In this document: positions 1-13,712 of the stretch, one piece after another
Layout of the letters: the number at the start of each line of letters is the position of its first letter
How positions within the stretch are numbered: the stretch's first letter is position 1
Assembly: GCA_035655715.1 (NCBI GenBank)
Contig: DASRTX010000197.1
Location: 1-46,290 of the forward strand
From: Myxococcales bacterium
GTDB lineage: Bacteria > Myxococcota > Myxococcia > Myxococcales > 40CM-4-68-19
Direction: 5' to 3'
Length of the DNA: 46,290 bases
Translations under genes and position numbers: made by a program
Notes under the pieces: model-generated
What the model was told of the DNA's origin: nothing
Databases searched by the model: none
The model's input: only the letters and a program-made list of their open reading frames with translations

Positions 1-487
1 TCGTACGAAGCCGTGACCCCAGGGATCTGGTTTGGGTCGAAAGTAGGACCCACATCGAAGAATATCCCCTGCATGTACGATGGTCCATAACGATCGTACC
101 ATTGTTGTACATGTGTCAAGGCGTCCCCTCTCGGTACTGAAAGCCCGTGACCAGTATATACATAGCCGTAAATGCTCTGTCCCGCCTGGATATTCGAGCT
201 GAACTGGCCCTGGGCATTCAGCAGATCGGCGCCCCCCTTCTGCTCGAAGGTGTCCCGGCCACCACGATTCTCACCCAACGCCCTGCATTCTGGATGCGCA
301 CCCAGTCCCTGGGTTGGGAAGGGTCAGTTTGAGTGGTGGTCTCGAAAAAGGCGGGTATGGTGACGAGTTGCCTGGCGGCCTCGCACAAAGCATTTGGTGG
401 GCAGCCGCCGCCGGGGGGAACTCGCAGCGCATGCGCCGCCGGTGCGAAGGCGAACGCCACCATCACAGCAAGCACTCTGCGATTCAT
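1..487 (-). pseudogene. Secreted protein, 3'-partial at the window edge, frame broken at a G6/C6 homopolymer; possibly spherulation-specific family 4-like
   Basis: ORF 218..487 starts with the signal peptide MNRRVLAVMVAFAFAPAAHA and stops at 218. A second frame is open from about 322 to position 1 and reads GADLLNAQGQFSSNIQAGQSIYGYVYTGHG...MQGIFFDVGPTFDP. The two frames join if the C6 run at 232..237 is one nt longer. GC and GC3 are lower than in neighbouring genes. Confidence 0.4.
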
Positions 488-518
488 ATGAATGCTCCTT
501 TCGGACTACCCACTGATT

Positions 519-1952
519 CTACGGATTCGAAAGAGCCGCCAGCCTTGGCCACCACTGGATGCCGCAACTGCCAAACCCCTGACGGAGCAAGGTGCCGTCG
601 GGCGACAGCGTGTCCGAGGCGTTGCAGACGCCGGAATCCGCAAGTGGCAGCTTTTGGCAAGCCCTGCCGGAAGGAGCGATCAGCAAGACCGCCCGGGCGC
701 ATGAGGAATCCACCTGTTCGGCGGCATAGGCCCTGGCTCCTGAAAGCAACTGGAGCGAGCCATCATAGGACTGGAACCAAGGGGGCACCTGGCCCGGGAC
801 CGATTCGCCGCTCCCATAGGAGGCATACCAGCCTGACGGCGATATGGCGCCGCTTCCCGCAGGCGCGGGCGCGTGGAAGAAGGCAAACCCGCCTTCGCGA
901 AGTGGAACGATGTTGCCCCAATCTGCGAAGAACGCTCTTCCGTTTGCTGCAGTGTAGGTGGGGAAGATGGGTTGAAAAGCGTCGCCGATGGGCCCTCTCG
1001 CGTTCATCCAGCGGGCGCTGAAGGTCCAACTGGACGGGGGTGGCGGCGCGCCCAAAGAGGGAGGAAATTCAAATGAAAGCACCAAGGCGTTTCCCTGTTG
1101 ATCGAGCAGGATTCGCCAGGAGTTCTCGTTGTCGGCCGTCGTCCACTCCATCACGGTATGCCAATCGCCGAGCGGCTTCATGACCTCGTCAACCCAGCGG
1201 ACCTGAAGGTAGGATTGAAACGTGTGGGGGGGGGCGTCTGCGACCGTGCGCTCCAGCACGTACCCTCCGCGCGGGTTCGCAATCACTGCGTGAACCGTCG
1301 TGGGGTCAGGTGCTTCGAGTGGCTCCAGCGATGTGCTGAGAGCGTCGGGTCCGAGGAGGCGAGCGAAATGACACCATGGCCGGAAGTTCTGAGTCAGAAG
1401 CACAAAGCCTTGGGAGCGCGGCGCGGCTACAATCTCGAACTCGTGGGATCCGTTGGAGACGAACACCGCGCTCGTGCCGTCCCCGCGCAGAAAGGTATAC
1501 CCTGCTGATGCATTGTTCGAAAGCGAAAACACCGCAAGATTGCCGCTCCCATCGACGATCGCTGGATCGCACGACGCCGCGGGCTCAGGACCGCTCCAGG
1601 ATAGCTGATGGGGCACCGCTCCGGGCGCCATCGCACTGCACTCAGGGTCGCTCGACAGGGTAGTCCAACCCATGCCCTGCGGCGGGGCGACCGAGGCGCG
1701 GCTGCCCGCCGCCCAGGAGATACCGCCATCGTCGGGCGAGGGAGCGAAACCGCTGCACGAGCCGACGCCATCATCGACCGTCGGGCCGTCGCCGCCGTCA
1801 GTTCCTGCGTCGTCCGGTGTTTGCTGGATGACTCCAGCGTCCGTTTCCGTCTGGGCTACACGTGGACAACCAAGCGCGGACGCGGCAAGAGACAAGAGCA
1901 AGGCTCCGATCCGGGCTCGAACGTGGGGTGGCACGGCTCGGAGCACCTGCAA
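519..1952 (-). CDS. Hypothetical lipoprotein
   Basis: 477-aa ORF with high GC3. The N-terminal signal carries a lipobox (LAASALGC). No recognisable catalytic motif. Confidence 0.7.
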   Translation of the reverse strand: MQVLRAVPPHVRARIGALLLSLAASALGCPRVAQTETDAGVIQQTPDDAGTDGGDGPTVDDGVGSCSGFAPSPDDGGISWAAGSRASVAPPQGMGWTTLSSDPECSAMAPGAVPHQLSWSGPEPAASCDPAIVDGSGNLAVFSLSNNASAGYTFLRGDGTSAVFVSNGSHEFEIVAAPRSQGFVLLTQNFRPWCHFARLLGPDALSTSLEPLEAPDPTTVHAVIANPRGGYVLERTVADAPPHTFQSYLQVRWVDEVMKPLGDWHTVMEWTTADNENSWRILLDQQGNALVLSFEFPPSLGAPPPPSSWTFSARWMNARGPIGDAFQPIFPTYTAANGRAFFADWGNIVPLREGGFAFFHAPAPAGSGAISPSGWYASYGSGESVPGQVPPWFQSYDGSLQLLSGARAYAAEQVDSSCARAVLLIAPSGRACQKLPLADSGVCNASDTLSPDGTLLRQGFGSCGIQWWPRLAALSNP

Positions 1953-2153
1953 TCAATAGACCTCAATGGTAATACGGCGTGTTTATGATGATCCTCAATC
2001 AGGACCATCTCGGTATCAGTAAGGATTGCCGCGGCTGACCAGTATTGAACTAGAATAAGTTCATGAGGGCGGCAAGAAGTTCGGGCCGCGAACATGTGCG
2101 TATGGTCCTTCCCGCGCCACGAGAACGAGATCGGGCAGAGCGAGACTGCTCCG

Positions 2154-3146
2154 CTATCCCACCTTCACGACCTGCTTCCCCTTGTTCTCCCCTCGAAGCA
2201 TCCCGAGGAACGCCCGGGGCGCGGTCTCGATCCCTTCCGCCACGGTTTCCCGCCACCGGATCCGCTTCGCCGCGACGTGTCCCGCGAGCTCGCGCAGCGC
2301 CTGCGGCCACGACTCGAGGTGCTCCGACACGATGAACCCCTGGACGAGGAGGCGGTTGGTCAAGAGCGATCGGACGTTGTGGAGCGCGATGTCCTGGCCG
2401 TCGTAGCCGGCCACCAGCCCGCACAGCGCCACTCGCCCGAAGGCGTTCATCCGCGCGAGCGCCGAGTCGAAGACGGCGCCGCCGACGTTCTCGAACACGA
2501 CGTCGATGCGGTCCGGCGTGGCCTTCTTGAAGTCGTCCTTGAACGAAGGCGCCTTGTAATCGATGCAGGCGTCGAACCCGAGATCGCGCACCACGTGCTC
2601 GCATTTGGCCGGACCGCCGGCGACGCCGATCGCGCGGCAGCCCCCGATCTTCGCCAGCTGCCCCACGACGCTGCCCACCGCGCCGGCGGCGGCGGACACC
2701 ACCACCGTCTCGCCCGGCTTCGGTTTGCCGATCTGCGAGAGTCCGTACCACGCGGTGACTCCCGGCATCCCGAGGACGCCGAGATATGCCGAGGGCGGCG
2801 CGATCGAGGTGTCGATCTTGCGCACCGCCTTCGCGTCGGCGACGTGGAACTGTTGCCACCCGCCCATCCCGGAAACGAGGTCTCCCTTTCGCAGGGCGGC
2901 ATCCCTGGACTCGATCACCTCCGAGATGGTGCCGCCGATCATCACCTCGCCCACGGGCTGCGGCTTTGCGTACGAGCGCGCGTCGTCCATGCGGCCGCGC
3001 ATGTAGGGATCGAGCGAGAGGTAGAGGACGCGTCCGAGGATCTGCCCCTCGCGAGGCTTAGGCACGTCCGTGTCGACGATCCGGAAATTGCTCTCCTGGG
3101 CCTCACCCTGGGGACGGCTGGCCAGCAGCACCTGCTTGTTTCGCAT
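2154..3146 (-). CDS. NADP-dependent oxidoreductase, medium-chain dehydrogenase/reductase family (YncB/CurA/PTGR1-like)
   Basis: Sequence MRNKQVLLASRPQGEAQESNFRIVDTDVPKP...LYLSLDPYMRGRM plus the nucleotide-binding stretch VVVSAAAGAVGSVVGQLAK. The start was chosen at the internal ATG 3146; the ORF is open up to 3245. Confidence 0.85.
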   Translation of the reverse strand: MRNKQVLLASRPQGEAQESNFRIVDTDVPKPREGQILGRVLYLSLDPYMRGRMDDARSYAKPQPVGEVMIGGTISEVIESRDAALRKGDLVSGMGGWQQFHVADAKAVRKIDTSIAPPSAYLGVLGMPGVTAWYGLSQIGKPKPGETVVVSAAAGAVGSVVGQLAKIGGCRAIGVAGGPAKCEHVVRDLGFDACIDYKAPSFKDDFKKATPDRIDVVFENVGGAVFDSALARMNAFGRVALCGLVAGYDGQDIALHNVRSLLTNRLLVQGFIVSEHLESWPQALRELAGHVAAKRIRWRETVAEGIETAPRAFLGMLRGENKGKQVVKVG

Positions 3147-3376
3147 GGGCCCCTCGGCGTTCCGCGGTACGGATGCGTACGATCCTATCCTGCTGACGAA
3201 TCCCGGCCAAGTAAGGCTTGCCGTCCCGAAAGGGTGTGCCGGCAAATGTTCCTTGGCCTTTCGTCGTATCTATCGGTAATTAAATCCCGAATTATGATTA
3301 CACAGTAAACGAACACCCGCGATCCGAAAGTGTGTTTCGTTGAAAAAACAAACGCCTGCGGCCCGCCTGCTCGAAA

Positions 3377-3392
3377 CGGTACGGTGGTTGCA
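3377..3392 (+). promoter_or_regulatory. Sigma-54 (-24/-12) promoter candidate for CDS 3496..4662
   Basis: cGGTACGgtggTTGCA has GG at 3378-3379 and GC at 3390-3391, which is the exact TGGCACG-N4-TTGCW spacing with one mismatch. The same element is conserved upstream of the paralog at 23421..23436. Confidence 0.6.
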
Positions 3393-3495
3393 GCCGGGGA
3401 GACGTTCGGCCACCTGGCCACGGACGAGGGGGACCTGCCGAAATTCCCGCACGGGTTGATACCGCTGCACATGCCATCAGTCCTAGAGGTGTGTC

Positions 3496-4662
3496 GTGAA
3501 GCGAGGAATCGTCGTGTGTCTTCTGGCGGTAACCGCCATCGCGCCCGCGCGCGCATTCGGACAGAGCAACAGCAGATTCGCCCCCAGGTTCGACGTCGTC
3601 CCGGTGGAAGTCGACAACGGCTCTTTCGTCGTCGCGGCCTTCTGGCGCTACGGGTTCGGGTGCTTGCGCGCCCCCTCCACGGGCGATGGATCCGGTTGTA
3701 TCAACCAGTCCGAGTCGGATCTGCGCAACGAAGGATTGCTGCTGGCAAAGTCCAACCAGACTGCTTTTCCAGGGAAGGCCACCGCGCAGATCAGGGGCGT
3801 CAAGGGCTCGTTCCTGTTCGAGCTCGCTTACGATTTCCGCAAGGCAAACTCAATCGAGCTCTCGGACCAGGGATCGGAGTGCAACAACAACTCCCCCCGG
3901 TTCGAGATCCAGATGGCCGACAACTCGAGCTACTACATCCCCTGCCAGCTGCCGACCGATGACCAGTCCACGTCGCTCTACTGGAGGCGGCCTGTCTGGG
4001 GCGGTCCATCGACCCTGATGGCTTGCATCGGGCCAGGGAGTCCCACGGCCGCGTGCACTCTCACCATGATCGGCTGCACGGACGTGCACGGCTGCGGACT
4101 CGACAAGCGGATCGTTTCCCTCCGGATCGTCCAGGACGTCGGTGCGGACGACGAAGAAAACGGTGGCATCGAGCAGTTCGGGCTCACCATCCTCGACAAC
4201 ATCGACGTGAACGGGAGACTGAAGGGCTCGGGCCCTGCTCCGCGGCGTGGCGACGAGGACGAAGGCCAGGGCCGCGACAAGGACGCCCGCGAGTTCCATT
4301 TCCTCGACAGCCCGTCGGCTCCCGCGACCAGCACCTTCGACTTCAGCGATCCCATCGCCAAGATGGACCTGGTGGGAGCCAACGGCGTGCGCGGAATCGC
4401 TTACAGCGTGGGGGTGCTGGGCCAGCCGTGCGTGAGCTTCAGCGGGGATGGGCTGGTCAACGGCAAGGCCGGCTTCGTGTACAAGCTCAACGCCTGCGAT
4501 CTCTCAGCGGTCGGATCGCAACTCGGCACGTACGGCATCAGCGTGACCGGGCCGATCGGGACGCCGCCGTACGGCCAGTCGGGAGCGCTGACCATGGGCT
4601 TCATCGCGATCCACGTGGTGGCCGGGTTACCGGCTTCGTCGCCGCCCCGGCCATTGCTCTGA
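3496..4662 (+). CDS. Secreted Cys-rich protein of unknown family (paralog A1)
   Basis: GTG start preceded by AGAGG. Signal peptide MKRGIVVCLLAVTAIAPARAFG. Roughly three-quarters identical by eye to ORF 23646..24803. Conserved RRGDEDEGQGRDKDAREFHF segment. Confidence 0.8.
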   Translation: MKRGIVVCLLAVTAIAPARAFGQSNSRFAPRFDVVPVEVDNGSFVVAAFWRYGFGCLRAPSTGDGSGCINQSESDLRNEGLLLAKSNQTAFPGKATAQIRGVKGSFLFELAYDFRKANSIELSDQGSECNNNSPRFEIQMADNSSYYIPCQLPTDDQSTSLYWRRPVWGGPSTLMACIGPGSPTAACTLTMIGCTDVHGCGLDKRIVSLRIVQDVGADDEENGGIEQFGLTILDNIDVNGRLKGSGPAPRRGDEDEGQGRDKDAREFHFLDSPSAPATSTFDFSDPIAKMDLVGANGVRGIAYSVGVLGQPCVSFSGDGLVNGKAGFVYKLNACDLSAVGSQLGTYGISVTGPIGTPPYGQSGALTMGFIAIHVVAGLPASSPPRPLL

Positions 4663-4956
4663 GAGCATGGCGCCTCTGCGGTCGGCAGTCGCAAGCACGA
4701 CGACGAAAGAAGCGAGCAGCGGGTCCACGACCGTGTGGGGCGCTTCCGGCTTCACCACGGCGGCGCAGAAACGGGAGGCGCGGAGTGTGAGCAGCCTCTC
4801 GCGCGAACTTCGGGAATGCGGTAGGTTCCGATTCATCGGACGACCCTCCGTCGGAAGTGCGCGCTGGAGCGCGTGAGATTCCGACGCCCGGCTGCCGTGA
4901 CCTGTCACATCAGGCGTCGTTCCGGCGTGGAACATTGCATTCAGGAGGACCCCCCA

Positions 4957-5655
4957 ATGAAGCCTGTTCTCTGTCTACTCGCCGTGTCCCTCGGCGCGTG
5001 CAGCAGCAGCAGCAGCAGTTCGAACGTCGCCCTCAGCGCTCGGGCGGGCACCTTGGCATCGACCGCGGCCGCCGCGGCGGATCAGCAAACGCAGGCGCTG
5101 CAGGCGTGCAACGGATTCGTCATCACCCGCGTGCGCATGGTCATCAGCGAAGTGAAGCTCGAGGGCCCGTCGGACGGGGGGAGCTCGGACGAGGTGGAAT
5201 TCAAGAGCGCACCCATCCTGATGGATCTGCCGCAAACCGCCCTCGACAGCGGAACGACCCAGCAGATCACCGTCGCGGAGGTTCCAGCGGGTACCTACAA
5301 CGAGATCAAGATGAAGATCCACAAGGTGTCGCAGAGCGAGGCCGGGTCGGACAGCGGCCTGCAAGCGATGGCGGCGGCGAACGCCTCGGTGATGGTCGAC
5401 TACACCGCGAACGGCGCGACGCGACCCACCTTCGTGTCGTCCGTGGACGCGCAGCAGAAGCTGGAGGGGACGTTCCCTCTCACCGGTGGCAGCCACGCCT
5501 TGACCCTGAACATCGACGCGTCCACCTGGTTCACCAAGAGCACGAGCTGCCTGGATCCGGCCAACTCGAACAATTCGTCCGACATCGACAACAACATCCA
5601 GAAATCGCTCAAGGCATACAAGGACGACGACCACGACGGCCACGAAGATCACTGA
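4957..5655 (+). CDS. Lipoprotein, DUF4382-like
   Basis: AGGAGG RBS 7 nt upstream of ATG 4957. Lipobox LAVSLGAC followed by a Ser tract. The pattern ITRVRMVISEVKLEG...VPAGTYNEIKMKIHKV resembles DUF4382. Acidic/His C-terminal tail. Confidence 0.6.
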   Translation: MKPVLCLLAVSLGACSSSSSSSNVALSARAGTLASTAAAAADQQTQALQACNGFVITRVRMVISEVKLEGPSDGGSSDEVEFKSAPILMDLPQTALDSGTTQQITVAEVPAGTYNEIKMKIHKVSQSEAGSDSGLQAMAAANASVMVDYTANGATRPTFVSSVDAQQKLEGTFPLTGGSHALTLNIDASTWFTKSTSCLDPANSNNSSDIDNNIQKSLKAYKDDDHDGHEDH

Positions 5656-5681
5656 TTTCCTTGCTTCGCCGTCCCGCGGCG

Positions 5682-5757
5682 CCCTCTAGAGAAGCTCTTC
5701 GACGAGGGCGCGCGCGTTCTCCCGGACACCTCGAGAGGTCGCCGTGCCAGCGCGCCT
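5682..5757 (-). pseudogene. Degraded fragment of the korB 3' end (last ~25 codons plus stop)
   Basis: About 75 nt is roughly 89% identical by eye to 20426..20502, the 3' end of korB including its TAG. A 1-nt deletion breaks the frame (ALARRPLEVS then out of frame, versus ALARQPLEVSRENARALVEELL*). Confidence 0.65.
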
Positions 5758-5784
5758 GTGCGGGCTGCTTGAAGGGCAATTCCT

Positions 5785-6603
5785 TCAACGTGAGTCGAGC
5801 GGTCCAGGCCCGATCTTGCCGTGCATGACCGCCAGTCCACCCAAGTGCTCGACGCGCGGCAAGGAGAGCAGCACCCGATCGCTCGCGACGACCAGGTCTG
5901 CCAGGAGGCGCTGGAAGAAGGCCGCGCTCTCGTATCGGTAACCACCGAGGATGAAGCGGATGAGCCGGCCGAGGAAGAGAAAGTGCCTCCGGCGGACCGG
6001 AACCAGGTTGTCGATGACGGCGAGATCATGCTTCTCCAGCGGCCGCTCGCCGGGCGTCACCTCGGTGTGCACCGGCACGAGAAAGCGGATCTTTCGCAGC
6101 GTCTTGTTCAGGTTCACCGGCTCGATGCAGATCAGGTCGGCGCCGGGCTTCGCCGAGGCGAGGATCTTCCGCATCACGAAGTCCAGCTCGTCGAGCACGT
6201 GATGGAGGATGTTGTCGAACCAGATCACGTCGAAGCTGCCCTGCGGCAGCTGCGCCTCGGCGAGCGGGGCGCAGATGAACGAGACGCGATCGGACACCCC
6301 GTCGATCTCCGCGCGGCGCTTGGCGACCGAGATGGCGCCCGGGGAGACGTCGAACCCGGTCACGATGGCGCCGAGCTTCGCGAGCAGGATCGCGTCCTCG
6401 CCTTCGCCGCAGCCGACGTCGAGGATGCGCTTTCCGCGCAGGTCGCCCAGCAGGGTGATGCAGTATTCCTTCGGGTACCACTTCCCGGGCGATCTGTACC
6501 GATCCACGATCCTGGGGTCGATGGGCTGGAGCTTCTTGATGCTCTCCTCGGCCCAACGATCGAAGAACTCCGCTTCCTGCTTCAGCTGCGCTGCATCGCT
6601 CAT
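5785..6603 (-). CDS. Class I SAM-dependent methyltransferase (paralog M1)
   Basis: Motif I LDVGCGEGEDA. Starts 10 nt after the metF stop. About half identical by eye to ORF 19478..20401, including the C-terminal extension IEPVNLNKTLRKIRFLVPVHTE.TPGERPLE. Confidence 0.85.
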   Translation of the reverse strand: MSDAAQLKQEAEFFDRWAEESIKKLQPIDPRIVDRYRSPGKWYPKEYCITLLGDLRGKRILDVGCGEGEDAILLAKLGAIVTGFDVSPGAISVAKRRAEIDGVSDRVSFICAPLAEAQLPQGSFDVIWFDNILHHVLDELDFVMRKILASAKPGADLICIEPVNLNKTLRKIRFLVPVHTEVTPGERPLEKHDLAVIDNLVPVRRRHFLFLGRLIRFILGGYRYESAAFFQRLLADLVVASDRVLLSLPRVEHLGGLAVMHGKIGPGPLDSR

Positions 6604-6613
6604 GATCGCCCTT

Positions 6614-7525
6614 TCAGATGTTCCGCCACGGTTCGGTCGCGCGTAGCGAGGAGAGGATTGCCCGCGTCGCCGGACTCTTGTTCAAGGTGTAGAAGTGGAT
6701 CCCCGGAGCGCCGCCGCGCAGCAGCTCCGCCGCCTGCAGCGAGGCGGAGGCGACGCCGAGGTGCATGACCGCCTCGGGTTCGTCCTTGCGCGCCCGGAGC
6801 GCCGCCGCCAGGGCCGGTGGCAGCGTCGCCCCGCACATCGAGGTGAAACGCTGGATCTGATCGACGTTTCCGATCGGCATGATGCCCGGGATGATGGGGA
6901 CCGCGATGCCCGCCGCCCGCGCCCTCCCGACGAACTCGAAGTACTTGCGGTTGTCGAAGAAGAGCTGGGTGACGAGGAAATCGACGCCGGCGTCGACCTT
7001 CGCTTTCAGGTGCGCGAGATCCTGCTGCAGGTCGCGGCACTCGACGTGACCCTCCGGATAGCAGGCGGCGCCGATGCAGAGGCGCTGCTTTCTCGCCGCG
7101 GCCACCTCCCGGGCCAGCGCGACCACCTCGGTCGCGAAACGGAGGCCGCCGTCGGCGGGGACGAACTCCCGCTGCCCGCGGGGTGGATCTCCGCGCAGCG
7201 CCAGGAGGTTCTCCACTCCCGCGTCCATCAGCTCGTTCAAGGCGGAGACGAGCTCCGTCCGCGTCGCCCCCACGCAGGTGACGTGCGCCATCGCCTCGAT
7301 TTCGAACTCCCGCTTGCACAGCGTCACCATCTCCAGCGTGCGGCCCCGGGTCGAGCCGCCGGCGCCCCAGGTGACACTGACGAACGACGGTCCCAGCGGG
7401 CGCAGCCGGCGGACCGCCTCGACGAACTCCGAGCGGCCCGCTTCCGTGCGCGGCGGGAAGAATTCGAACGAGAAGACCGGGTCCCCGCGTTCCCTGGCGA
7501 ACTCGATGAGCTCGCAGATGCGCAC
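6614..7525 (-). CDS. metF: 5,10-methylenetetrahydrofolate reductase
   Basis: VRICELIEF...PVFSFEFFPPRTEAG...FVSVTWGAGGSTR...YPEGH. GTG start at 7525 lies 2 nt after the ahcY stop. The listed 905-aa ORF is an upstream run-on. Confidence 0.9.
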   Translation of the reverse strand: MRICELIEFARERGDPVFSFEFFPPRTEAGRSEFVEAVRRLRPLGPSFVSVTWGAGGSTRGRTLEMVTLCKREFEIEAMAHVTCVGATRTELVSALNELMDAGVENLLALRGDPPRGQREFVPADGGLRFATEVVALAREVAAARKQRLCIGAACYPEGHVECRDLQQDLAHLKAKVDAGVDFLVTQLFFDNRKYFEFVGRARAAGIAVPIIPGIMPIGNVDQIQRFTSMCGATLPPALAAALRARKDEPEAVMHLGVASASLQAAELLRGGAPGIHFYTLNKSPATRAILSSLRATEPWRNI

Positions 7526-7527
7526 GC

Positions 7528-8823
<1,296 letters not shown>

Positions 8824-10002
8824 TCAGGCTGCTACGGCACCCTGCGCGCCCGACGCTTCGCGAAGCTCTTCGGCGCGACTGGTGCTCTCCCAGGTGAACT
8901 CCGGCTCCGTGCGTCCGAAATGTCCGTACGCGGCGCTCTTCTCGTAGATGGGCCGCAGCAGGTCGAGCCCGGAGATGATGGCCGCGGGCTTGAGGCTGAA
9001 CACCTCCCGAACCGCGCCCTCGATCCGCCTCTCGGGCACGGTCGAGGTCCCGAAGGTCTCGACCATCACGCTGACCGGCTCCGCGACACCGATGGCGTAG
9101 GCGATCTGCACTTCGCACCGGCGCGCCAGTCCGGCCGCGACGACGTTCTTGGCGACCCAGCGCGCGGCGTAGGCCGCGGACCGATCGACCTTGGAGGGAT
9201 CCTTCCCGGAAAAGGCCCCACCGCCGTGCCGGCCCATGCCGCCATAGGTATCGACGATGATCTTGCGGCCCGTGACGCCCGAATCGCCCAGCGGCCCGCC
9301 GATGACGAACCGGCCGGTCGCGTTGATCCACGACTGCATGTCCTTGGCGCGCAGCTCGCGCGGAACGATCCGATCGATCAACTCGGCCTGGATGGCCTCG
9401 CGCAGATCGCCGGTCGAGATCGACTCGTCGTGCTGCGCGGCCACCACCACGCCGCGAATCACCGCCGGCCTGCCGTCGCGATATTCGACCGTCACCTGCG
9501 TCTTTCCGTCCGGGCGCAGCCAGGGGAACCGGTTGCGGCGCAGATCGGCAAGGCCGCGCGAGAGGCGGTGCGCCAGCGCGATCGGCAGCGGCATCAGCTC
9601 CGGGGTCTCGTCGCAGGCGTATCCGAACATCATTCCTTGATCGCCCGCCCCCTGCTCCTTGTCGGCGTCGGCGTCGACGCCCATGGCGATCTCCGGCGAT
9701 TGCCGCTCGACCGCCGCCATCACCGCGCAGGAGCGGGCGTCGAATCCCATTGCGCCGTCATTGAACCCGATTCGCTCCACCGTGCGGCGGACGATGGCCG
9801 GGTAATCCAGGGTCGCGCGAGTGGTGATTTCCCCGAGCAGCACCACCAGGCCCGTCTTGACGGCGGTCTCCAGCGCGACGCGGCTGCGCGGGTCCTGGCG
9901 CAGGCACTCGTCGAGGACTGCGTCCGACACTTGATCGCAGATCTTGTCCGGGTGGCCCTCGGTGACCGATTCGGAAGTAAACAGACAATCTCTGGAATTC
10001 AC
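8824..10002 (-). CDS. metK: S-adenosylmethionine synthetase
   Basis: [44 protein letters not shown] start at 10002. Confidence 0.95.
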   Translation of the reverse strand: MNSRDCLFTSESVTEGHPDKICDQVSDAVLDECLRQDPRSRVALETAVKTGLVVLLGEITTRATLDYPAIVRRTVERIGFNDGAMGFDARSCAVMAAVERQSPEIAMGVDADADKEQGAGDQGMMFGYACDETPELMPLPIALAHRLSRGLADLRRNRFPWLRPDGKTQVTVEYRDGRPAVIRGVVVAAQHDESISTGDLREAIQAELIDRIVPRELRAKDMQSWINATGRFVIGGPLGDSGVTGRKIIVDTYGGMGRHGGGAFSGKDPSKVDRSAAYAARWVAKNVVAAGLARRCEVQIAYAIGVAEPVSVMVETFGTSTVPERRIEGAVREVFSLKPAAIISGLDLLRPIYEKSAAYGHFGRTEPEFTWESTSRAEELREASGAQGAVAA

Positions 10003-10195
10003 GCCAATCGCCTCCCACGCCCCGAGCGAGTGCTCGGCTGGTGCAGCGGGAAGGTGAGGAGCGTGCTCCCGTCACGCAAGTGGCCGGGGGAGCGTGCGAA
10101 ACTGTGCACCGGCAAACGGTCTGAGCGCTTGCTCGCCCTTCGCCCGATCCCCACCTTCGGAGCGGGCGGCAGCAAGGCTGGGCGGGAGGGGCACC

Positions 10196-13696
<3,501 letters not shown>

Positions 13697-13712
13697 CGAG
13701 TTGGAGCCAAGC

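Noticed and set aside
2046-2063. TGAACT-N6-AGTTCA inverted repeat upstream of the lipoprotein gene, considered as a LexA/SOS box
   Set aside because: The spacing fits neither the GAAC-N4-GTTC box nor the myxobacterial LexA motif I remember, and the downstream gene is not SOS-related. It may be some other operator, but nothing supports that. I also found no recognisable SOS box before uvrB.
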